Of a stretch of DNA of 64,000 bases, positions 54,166 through 62,029 are shown piece by piece. The notes under the pieces are model-generated. The model made no database searches and had not been told where the DNA came from. It was given only the letters and a program-made list of their open reading frames with translations. The DNA is taken from NCBI GenBank assembly GCA_963817385.1, contig CAWFOM010000031.1, forward strand, positions 64,001 to 128,000, given 5' to 3'. The DNA is from an uncultured delta proteobacterium (GTDB taxonomy: Bacteria; Desulfobacterota; Syntrophia; Syntrophales; UBA5619). A program made the position numbers and the translations under genes. The first letter of the stretch is position 1, and each line of letters starts with the position of its first letter.

Positions 54166-56553
54166 ATGTTGTCGCCTACGACTGAAATCACCCGATGTTC
54201 GAGACGGATAAACGCGCTAAAGGAAGCCGTTCAGGGTGCGAAACCCGGGGTCTGCACCGAGCGGGCCATGATCTGGACGCGGTACTTCAAGGCCGGGGAG
54301 AATCGGACAAAGCCGCCCTCCATTCAGATCGCGGAGGCCTTGACGGAGGTCCTGAAGAACAAATCGATCCGGATCTATCCCGATGAACTGATCGTGGGCA
54401 ATTATTCGTCCAAGCGGGTGGGAGGCGCCATCTACCCGGAGCTCCACGGCATCCCGGTCATCGCCGAGGCGCACACGTTCGCCAAACGGAAGACCAACCC
54501 GCTGGAGATGTCGAACGGCGAGCTCAGGCAATTGCTCTCCATCGTCCCCTTCTGGCTGCCGCGATTTCTCGCGATGAAACTGGACACGGGATTGGCAAAG
54601 AAGCTCGCCCTCATCGCCGATCAACTGACGGCGAAATTCTATCTCATCAATGAGCTGGGCGGGGTGGCCCACATCGCCCCGGATTATGCGAAACTCATCG
54701 CCGTCGGGACGGAGGGGATCGCGACCGAGGCCGAGGGATACCAGAAGGATGTCCCCTGGGGATCGGAAGCGTGGTGTTTCTATGAAGGGGTGAAGATCAT
54801 CCTCGCCGGCCTGGCCCGCTTCGGCGAACGGTATGCCGGCCTGGCCCGGAAAATGGCCTCGGAAGAAAAAGAGCCAAAGCGAAAAGCAGAGTTGGAAACC
54901 ATCGCGGAGGTGTGTCAGCGGGTGCCCCGCCTGGGCGCCAGGACATTTCACGAGGCCCTTCAGTCCCTCTTCTTCGCCCAGATCGCCGTCAACCTGGAGA
55001 GCCTGGATAACGGCATCTGCCCGGGCCGGATCGACCAGTACCTCTACCCCTACTACCGGACCAGCCTGAAGGAGGATCCCTCCTTCACTTCACGGCAGGC
55101 GAAGGAGCTTCTCGCCGCCTTTTCGATCAAGATGGCGGAGATCATCCCCGTCTTCTCGAAGCCCATGATGAGGTTCCACGGGGGGATGTTCAACGGGCAG
55201 GTGGTCACCGTGGGAGGGGTGGACGAAAGCGGCAACGATGCCTCCAACGAGCTCAGCGATCTTCTCCTCGAAATCATGGATGAGCTCCGGATGCGCCAGC
55301 CCAATTTTCACGCCCGGGTCCACCGATCCTCCCCCGAGGCGTACCGGCGTAAAATCAACCTGGCATTGGCCTCCGGCAGCGGATCGCCGGCCCTCTACAA
55401 CGACGAGGTGATCATCGAGGCCCTCTGCAGGCACGGCTATACGACGGCCGATGCGAGAAACTACACCGCCGTCGGATGCGTGGAACCCGTCTGCCAGGGG
55501 AAGAGCTTCTCTTCCACCGATGCGGCCCTCTTCAACCTCCCCATCATGCTGGAGCTCGCCCTCAATGAGGGGCGGCGCTTCGGTTCTTTTTTCCGGAGCG
55601 GCCGGAAGACCAAACCGGCAGCCCGGATGAAATCCATGGAGGATGTCCGGGAGGCCTTCGAAGGACAGCTCAATTTCTTTATCGAGCGATTGATCGGCGA
55701 TCTGCACCTGGTGGAGAAGGCAAATCGCCGGGAGCATCCCACGCCCCTGAGCAGCGCGCTCCTCGAGGGGTGCCTCGCGTCGGGCAGGTGTTCCACCGGC
55801 GGCGGCGCCGTCTACAATTTCTCCGGCATCCAGTGCGTGGGGCCCGCCGACACGGGCGACGCCCTCACTGCCGTCGACCGGGCGGTTTTCCGGGAACGGA
55901 GAATGAACCTGCCGGAGCTGGTGGAACTCCTGAGGACGGACATCCCCGATGAGAAGTGGCTCTTGTACCTTAAAGGCCTGGAAAAATTCGGCAATGACGA
56001 ACCGGAGGCGGACGGATGGACCGGGTACGTCATCGCCGCCTTCGATAATGCGCTAAGCGGATACACGAATACCCGGGGGGGCCGGTATGTGACCGGCCTC
56101 TACTCGGTCACGGCCCACCAGTATTTCGGGAAGATCACCGGCGCCCTGCCGCACGGACGCCGGCGGGGAGAGGCCTTCGCCTCCGGGATCGCCCCGGTAA
56201 ACGGCATGGATCGAAAAGGCCCGACGGCCCTCTTGAACTCGGTCAACAGCATCGATTTCACCCGGACCGCCAATGGGGTCAACCTTAATCTCCAGTTTAA
56301 CATGGCCCTCCTGAAGGGTGAAACGGGGGCCTCTCTCCTTGACGCTTTGCTGAAAACCTATTTCGAACGGGGAGGAATGCAGGTCCAGGTGAATGCCTTC
56401 GATCCCCGGATCCTCGTGGAAGCGAGAGACGACCCGCACAAATACCCCCATCTCCTGGTTCGCGTTTCCGGATATTCCGCCTATTTCAACGACCTGGCGC
56501 CGGCCATGAAGGAGGAAATCATCAGCCGAACCGTGATCGCGTGTGCCCGTTGA
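54166..56553 (+). CDS. Glycyl radical enzyme (PFL2-like, substrate unknown)
   Basis: Cys loop GCVEP, Gly loop LLVRVSGYSAYF, I.PDELIVG and GRIDQYLYPYY motifs; RBS GGAGG. Confidence 0.92.
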   Translation: MLSPTTEITRCSRRINALKEAVQGAKPGVCTERAMIWTRYFKAGENRTKPPSIQIAEALTEVLKNKSIRIYPDELIVGNYSSKRVGGAIYPELHGIPVIAEAHTFAKRKTNPLEMSNGELRQLLSIVPFWLPRFLAMKLDTGLAKKLALIADQLTAKFYLINELGGVAHIAPDYAKLIAVGTEGIATEAEGYQKDVPWGSEAWCFYEGVKIILAGLARFGERYAGLARKMASEEKEPKRKAELETIAEVCQRVPRLGARTFHEALQSLFFAQIAVNLESLDNGICPGRIDQYLYPYYRTSLKEDPSFTSRQAKELLAAFSIKMAEIIPVFSKPMMRFHGGMFNGQVVTVGGVDESGNDASNELSDLLLEIMDELRMRQPNFHARVHRSSPEAYRRKINLALASGSGSPALYNDEVIIEALCRHGYTTADARNYTAVGCVEPVCQGKSFSSTDAALFNLPIMLELALNEGRRFGSFFRSGRKTKPAARMKSMEDVREAFEGQLNFFIERLIGDLHLVEKANRREHPTPLSSALLEGCLASGRCSTGGGAVYNFSGIQCVGPADTGDALTAVDRAVFRERRMNLPELVELLRTDIPDEKWLLYLKGLEKFGNDEPEADGWTGYVIAAFDNALSGYTNTRGGRYVTGLYSVTAHQYFGKITGALPHGRRRGEAFASGIAPVNGMDRKGPTALLNSVNSIDFTRTANGVNLNLQFNMALLKGETGASLLDALLKTYFERGGMQVQVNAFDPRILVEARDDPHKYPHLLVRVSGYSAYFNDLAPAMKEEIISRTVIACAR

Positions 56554-56633
56554 CATTGAATGCACACAGACGTGCGTTCTTTCAAGAGGATGTTCGCGGC
56601 CTGATCTCGTTGCTTAACGGATAAAATTCTGAT

Positions 56634-57347
56634 ATGAAGAAATCAACGATAGAAACAGGAGGCAGTCTCTTCGGATTCATTATGAAGCAACCGGCGCAAC
56701 AGGATCTGCGGTATCGACCGCTTTATACCCTCGGCGAGGTGAGCCGCTATGCCCGTGTGAAGCCCGCGACGCTGCGTTCGTGGACCCATAACGGGGATTC
56801 CCGCGTGATTATTCCCACCGCCGTCTCTGGGGTTGCGCCTTTCAGCTTCATCAACCTCATCGAATTATATGTCCTTGAAGGATTAAGGCGCACCCATCAC
56901 CTACCCATGCAGCGCATACGAAAAGGCGAGGAGTGGCTGCGACGGACCTATGGCATTTCTCATCCCCTTGCCGAATTGAATCTTGAAACGGATGGATACG
57001 ATCTCTTCATCCGTGAGGTGGATATTCCCATCAACGCCTCCCGGAAGGGACAGGGCGGGTTCCCGGAAGTCCTGGCCCGTTACCTCCAGCGTATCGAGCG
57101 GGATGCGGGTAAAATCCCCACCCGATTCTACCCCTACACCTATGATCGAGCCCCCAAGATCATCGTCATGGACCCCGCCGTGGCCTACGGAAGACCGGTG
57201 GTTGTAGGCACGCGCGTGACCAGCCAGATGATTTTCGACCGTTACAGCGGCGGGGAGAGCCTGAACGACATTGCCGCCGACTATGATCTCGATATCTCTC
57301 GAATAGAGGAGGCCCTGCGGTGCGAGATCGAGCGGATTGCCGCCTGA
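56634..57347 (+). CDS. DUF433-containing antitoxin (VapB45/Rv2018-like)
   Basis: N-terminal HTH (YTLGEVSRY..V..TLRSW), FSFINLIE, and C-terminal DP..YGRPVV.GTRV..GES..IA.DY; start may be 56682. Confidence 0.85.
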   Translation: MKKSTIETGGSLFGFIMKQPAQQDLRYRPLYTLGEVSRYARVKPATLRSWTHNGDSRVIIPTAVSGVAPFSFINLIELYVLEGLRRTHHLPMQRIRKGEEWLRRTYGISHPLAELNLETDGYDLFIREVDIPINASRKGQGGFPEVLARYLQRIERDAGKIPTRFYPYTYDRAPKIIVMDPAVAYGRPVVVGTRVTSQMIFDRYSGGESLNDIAADYDLDISRIEEALRCEIERIAA

Positions 57348-57727
57348 TTCTGCTCCTCGATGAAAACCTCTCCGGCCATCGCATCATCGAGGGATTGACC
57401 GCACTGGAGATTCCCGTTAAGCCTCAGACGGCCATCATGGCTCGCGGCATCCCCGATGAAAAAGTCCTGGAGATTCTTGCACGGCATACCGACTGTTTCC
57501 TGCTGACCAAAGACAGCGACTTCCATAAGAAACCCATGGTAAAACAAGCCCTGATCGAACACGGCGTCGGTGCCTTCGTCATCACCGCGCACAAAGGCAA
57601 GACCGCTGAGGATTTGGTTTCTCTTGTCGGGAAGGCGTGGAATAGGATACAGCGGTTCGCGGAAAAGCATGATCGTCCCTTTGTCGCCAAAATCCTGGCC
57701 AATGGCCGTGTCGAAGAGACATCATGA
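57320..57727 (+). CDS. PIN-like toxin (VapC45/Rv2019-like)
   Basis: LLLDENLS, PDE..L and LLTKD motifs; overlaps the antitoxin; GTG after GAGGAGG. Confidence 0.82.
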   Translation: MRDRADCRLILLLDENLSGHRIIEGLTALEIPVKPQTAIMARGIPDEKVLEILARHTDCFLLTKDSDFHKKPMVKQALIEHGVGAFVITAHKGKTAEDLVSLVGKAWNRIQRFAEKHDRPFVAKILANGRVEETS

Positions 57728-57787
57728 CGGATACGATCTTCTCCATGACGACATCTCCGGATATGCAAACCATTTACCTCGCAAATT

Positions 57788-57909
57788 GTGAACAGGAATA
57801 AGTTCAGGGAAGAAGCAATGGCGGGACAACGCCTGTCAGACTTTGAAGGGCGAAGAATCTTGGTACCGGACGACCCACAGTATTGGCCTGAACAAGATGC
57901 CTTGGAATC
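57788..57909 (+). repeat. Diverged direct copy of the 3' end of the HNH nuclease gene (59521-59642)
   Basis: VNRNKFREEAMAGQRLSDFEGRRILVPDDPQYWPEQDALE vs VNREKFREEGMAGQRLTDLEGRRISLPGDPQYWPEQDSLE. Confidence 0.9.
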
Positions 57910-57954
57910 CGCCGGCGTGAAGGTGCCGGGAAAGAACCCGTTTAGGAGGATGAG

Positions 57955-58464
57955 ATGGACAAGATCCCGTTGGAAAAGAAGGAACTCAAGGAACTGCTCA
58001 ACAAATGCTGGATGACGCACGACGCCATGTGGTTCTACAATTGCCTGCTGGAGTGCGGCATTGAGAAGACGAACAAGATCAACCGGGCCGCCGTCAAGGC
58101 CGTGGCAGCGGTGGAGATCACGCGGATAAAGAAGGCCGTAGGCGTGGACAAGATGGCAACATTCGGCGAATTCTGGGACTTCTTCCAGGTCGCCATGGCC
58201 ATCCTCACGGGTGACTTTATGAAGTACTCCTTCGCATCTGAGGTGATGAACCGTATCCGTTTCACCTGGCACCAGTGTTTTGCCCACGACGGCATCAAGG
58301 CGCTCGGCGTCATCGACAAATACGAGTGCGGCATCATGGAACGGGTGGAGGGCTGGTTTGATACCCTGGGCATTAAGTATGAAGTGGAACCGAAAGTGAT
58401 CGGGTGCATGATGCACACCGAGGGCAAATGCTACCGTGACTATACCTTCTTCTTCGAGAAGTGA
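57955..58464 (+). CDS. DUF6125-like hypothetical protein
   Basis: KCWMTHDAMWF motif and conserved-looking Cys residues; RBS AGGAGG. Confidence 0.7.
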   Translation: MDKIPLEKKELKELLNKCWMTHDAMWFYNCLLECGIEKTNKINRAAVKAVAAVEITRIKKAVGVDKMATFGEFWDFFQVAMAILTGDFMKYSFASEVMNRIRFTWHQCFAHDGIKALGVIDKYECGIMERVEGWFDTLGIKYEVEPKVIGCMMHTEGKCYRDYTFFFEK

Positions 58465-58764
58465 GGCCTGGGCGTGGAAATGACCGCGACCGGGAAAGTC
58501 ACCCGACCGGTTACCCCATCACTCGGAAGATTTTCCGGAGACCTTATGTTCTCTTTAACCCGTCCGGATATCACAACTTGCGACATTCTCCCTCCTAGAG
58601 CAACAAGCTACAGAATCGTTTTCCGTTTGTCTTTTTCGGATATCAGTTGTATGCATATCCCCAGTCCCGCCCGTAGCTTGCTTGAGGACTCTCAACGGGA
58701 CGTGTTCAGAAAAAGGTTTTATGCGGCAGATGCAGATGGCTCAACCTTCCTCCAGTCATGATGA

Positions 58765-59673
58765 ATGATGATCAAAGACCAACCCTATTGGCTACAAAAA
58801 CTTGCAACGCTGCGGATCGACCGAGCACGCGGTAATCCTGCACCCCATAAACCACTCTTGCTGCTGGTCATCCTGGAAATGGTTGAGAAAGGCGAAATCA
58901 CGAGCCGTGAATTGCCTTTATCCCCCAATCTGGCGTTTCGATTCAGCGTGTTTTGGTCTGTTGTAGCCCGACGACGCAAGCAGCCGCCTGAAGTGCGGTT
59001 GCCGTTCCACCACCTTGAGTCATCCGGTATTTGGCAAGCGTTGACGGTGGATGGTCAACCTTCTCCGGACAAGAAAATGACTGCAATAATCAGGTTTGAC
59101 GAGCAATTCTTCGAATGCCTTGCCGATTTTAAATTCCGCGATAGGGCGCAACGGATCCTCATTGAAACCGAGCCGTATTTTCAACCGGAAGAAAGGGTTG
59201 CGCTCTGCAGCATGTTGCGGATCAGGCCGGCTGCATCTGAAATCCGTGAGAATCAGGAGCTTTACAAAGCGAGTGTTCAGGCCGGCCGAGATGCTCGCTT
59301 TCGGATCGAGGTGGTCGTCGTTGCCTACAAGCACACCTGTGCACTGACAGGGTATCGGATGACCACCCTGGCGATGGAGAGCATCGTGGACGCGGCCCAT
59401 ATCCACCAATTCCATAATTCCCGAAACAACGACCCCCGCAATGGAATGGCCCTCTCGAAGAACGCCCACTGGCAGTTTGATCGCGGCCTTTGGTCGGTAA
59501 ACGATGATTATCGGGTGCTTGTGAACCGGGAAAAGTTTAGGGAAGAGGGAATGGCGGGACAACGCCTGACAGACCTTGAAGGGCGAAGAATCTCTCTACC
59601 GGGCGATCCGCAGTATTGGCCTGAACAAGATTCTTTAGAATGGCATCGCCGGCGCCACGGCTTCACAAATTAG
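58765..59673 (+). CDS. SBD-HNH endonuclease (putative phosphorothioate-DNA-dependent type IV restriction enzyme)
   Basis: N-terminal APHKPLLLL and PFHHL (sulfur-binding-domain-like); C-terminal CALTG..AAHI...NG.AL...HW.FDRG HNH. Confidence 0.82.
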   Translation: MMIKDQPYWLQKLATLRIDRARGNPAPHKPLLLLVILEMVEKGEITSRELPLSPNLAFRFSVFWSVVARRRKQPPEVRLPFHHLESSGIWQALTVDGQPSPDKKMTAIIRFDEQFFECLADFKFRDRAQRILIETEPYFQPEERVALCSMLRIRPAASEIRENQELYKASVQAGRDARFRIEVVVVAYKHTCALTGYRMTTLAMESIVDAAHIHQFHNSRNNDPRNGMALSKNAHWQFDRGLWSVNDDYRVLVNREKFREEGMAGQRLTDLEGRRISLPGDPQYWPEQDSLEWHRRRHGFTN

Positions 59674-59718
59674 CGGTATAATAATGGTGATACGATGTCA
59701 AACTTGGAATCGTCGCCC

Positions 59719-60921
59719 TTAGCCAGCCCGTTTTCCGCTCGTCATCCAGAACGCCAGGACAAACAGGACGGTCAGGGAGGCAATGAGCGAATAGAGCGTC
59801 AGAAGGTTCGAGCCCGCCAGGACGAAGGTCGCCATCAGGGGGCCGACGCCGTTTCCGGCGAATCGCGCCGAATTCAGAAAGCCGATCCCCGTTCCCCCCA
59901 ATTCCGAAACAAAACTGGCCATCACCAGGGGGATGACCACCGCAACAACCCCGGTCTGAAGCATCCTGATGGCGGTAAAGCTGATGACTCCTTCGGGAAA
60001 GAACAACAGGATCTGAAGGAATGCGGAGGTCAGGCATAATACCGCGATGACCCCTTTGAGTCGTTTCCCGGCGGTCAGGCGGCTGATCACGTAGTTTCCG
60101 ATGATGGCGGTCGCCGTGTACCCCATCATGATAAGCCCGGCTGATTTTAAAGCGCTCTCACCCACCAGATCAAACCCTTCCAGGACATGGGGCAATATGC
60201 TCGGCAAAAAAGTCAGGTGGATGGTGGCGATGAAGCTCAACGCCCACCCCCACAGGACGCCCTGATTGAAATGAGTTTTCCGATCAGGGTCCGCCTCCCT
60301 CTTCGGAATTTCAGCAATATAAATATGACACAGCACCAAGGCAACGCCGACCAAAAGAAAAGACAAGATAAACGGGGATCGGTATCCCATCTGCGATGCG
60401 GCATATGCCCCGACGGGCGGCCCCAGCAACTGGCCGGCGGTCATGGAATTTTGATAAAGGCTCAGATTGCTTGGCAATCGATCTTTCGACGATAATTGCG
60501 AAATCATGAAAATACCGATCGTCGAGGCGGCGCCGAGAGCCCCTTGGATCAGACGCAGCGCCAGCAACATGGGCAGGCTGTCTATAAAACCCATGACAAG
60601 GAAGATGATCCCATTGAATAAAAAAGCCCCCTGGAAGAGGGCTTTGGGGCGGAATTTCGCCGTCAAGCTTCCCCAGAAGGGGGCGGCAGCGGCAGCGACA
60701 AAGGAATTCAAGCCCATGATCAGCCCGATCCACACCATCGTTTCGGCAGGATTGTAAGGGCTGATTTTGATGATATAGAAGGGCATGAACGACATGACGA
60801 CGTTGAAGCAAAACGCCAATCCAAACTGCGACAGAGCGATGAAAATGATGCCCTTGCTTCCGTCTGAGGCAGGCAGGATACGGTTTAAAAAAGGAAACAC
60901 TATTTTTTTCATATGGTTCAC
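59719..60921 (-). CDS. MFS transporter (DHA1/MdtG-like)
   Basis: APFWG.L..KF, LRLIQG.LG and GPPVG motifs; about 12 TM segments; start may be 60912. Confidence 0.88.
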   Translation of the reverse strand: MNHMKKIVFPFLNRILPASDGSKGIIFIALSQFGLAFCFNVVMSFMPFYIIKISPYNPAETMVWIGLIMGLNSFVAAAAAPFWGSLTAKFRPKALFQGAFLFNGIIFLVMGFIDSLPMLLALRLIQGALGAASTIGIFMISQLSSKDRLPSNLSLYQNSMTAGQLLGPPVGAYAASQMGYRSPFILSFLLVGVALVLCHIYIAEIPKREADPDRKTHFNQGVLWGWALSFIATIHLTFLPSILPHVLEGFDLVGESALKSAGLIMMGYTATAIIGNYVISRLTAGKRLKGVIAVLCLTSAFLQILLFFPEGVISFTAIRMLQTGVVAVVIPLVMASFVSELGGTGIGFLNSARFAGNGVGPLMATFVLAGSNLLTLYSLIASLTVLFVLAFWMTSGKRAG

Positions 60922-61101
60922 ACCTTACCGGCAGGGATTCCCCGGCGCGGGTCTCGGTGATGATTCACTCCTCTCGTTCCATACGGTACCGGGCACTCTT
61001 ATCACGGCTGCCGGAGGAGAGCAATGATCTTCCCCTCTGCCGCCAAAATCCGGCGCCTCGATCCGCCCCTTCAACTAAGGTGGAGACGGATAACATTCCC
61101 C

Positions 61102-61150
61102 TTGACAGACCGCTCCTTTTTCGTTATCTATTTATCCATCAAATGATTGA
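61102..61150 (+). promoter_or_regulatory. Sigma70 promoter and imperfect palindrome upstream of TetR gene
   Basis: TTGACA-N17-TATCTA; TCCATCA-aa-TGATTGA inverted repeat just downstream. Confidence 0.5.
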
Positions 61151-61174
61151 ATCGCAGGCTGGAAGGTGTCCGCC

Positions 61175-61807
61175 ATGACCACCCCCCTGGAAAAGGCCCG
61201 CAAGGACCCTGAATCGATGAAGGCCCGCATCCTGGATGTCGCCCGCCGCATCTTCGGTGAGTACGGTTTCCACGGCACCACGACCCGGATGATCGCCCAG
61301 GAGGTGGGGATCGACATCTCCACCCTCCACTACCACTGGGGAGGTAAGAAGGACCTCTATGAATCCGTGGTGGTCGACATCAACAAGGACCTCCGGCAGG
61401 AGCTCATCGAGGTGGAGAAGGTGATCCACGGCCTCCCGCTCAGCGAACGGCTTGCGATCTCCATCGATATGACGACCGACTACCTCTTCGAACACCCTGA
61501 AGTCTCCAACCTGATCCTCTTCCGTTATTTCAACAAGACCCGCTCCAACGGAAACATCGACTCCATCATTCCCGAGTTCACCGCCGACATCGCCCGTTCC
61601 ATGGGACTCGCCCGGGACAAGAAGAACGTCCCGCCCGAAACCATGATGAAGGTCCTGGCGGTGATGAACTCCATCCACAATTTTATTTCGGGCGAAAACT
61701 TCTTTCGCCCCATGGTGAAGGCGGCACGAGAGAAGTACATCGCCCTGGTGAAAGAGACCCTGAAGTTTATCCTCATCCCCGCGTTCACACAGAACGAAGC
61801 AAAATAG
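61175..61807 (+). CDS. TetR/AcrR family regulator
   Basis: RILDVARRIF.EYGF.GTTTR.IA.EVG..ISTLHYHWG.KKDLY motif. Confidence 0.92.
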   Translation: MTTPLEKARKDPESMKARILDVARRIFGEYGFHGTTTRMIAQEVGIDISTLHYHWGGKKDLYESVVVDINKDLRQELIEVEKVIHGLPLSERLAISIDMTTDYLFEHPEVSNLILFRYFNKTRSNGNIDSIIPEFTADIARSMGLARDKKNVPPETMMKVLAVMNSIHNFISGENFFRPMVKAAREKYIALVKETLKFILIPAFTQNEAK

Positions 61808-62029
61808 CGCCGCGCGCGAAAAATACCGGCGGCTGACACGCCGATGCGCCGTCGCCGCGAAGACTCGAATCGGTAACACCGTTTATAAACCTGATCCCCG
61901 CGGGAGCGGGAAAAGAAGATTCGCCGTGCATCGGGAGGAGCGCAACGCACCCGTTCCCGGGAAACGAAGCGATCGAGACCATTTCGAATTGCAGCGGTTC
62001 CGTCATCATATCGAACAAGGAGGGACACA

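Noticed and set aside
54166..56553. Naming the GRE as pflB, cutC or hypD
   Set aside because: It has a single-Cys GCVEP loop (not the PFL CC), and no diagnostic context genes are present; substrate cannot be assigned by eye.
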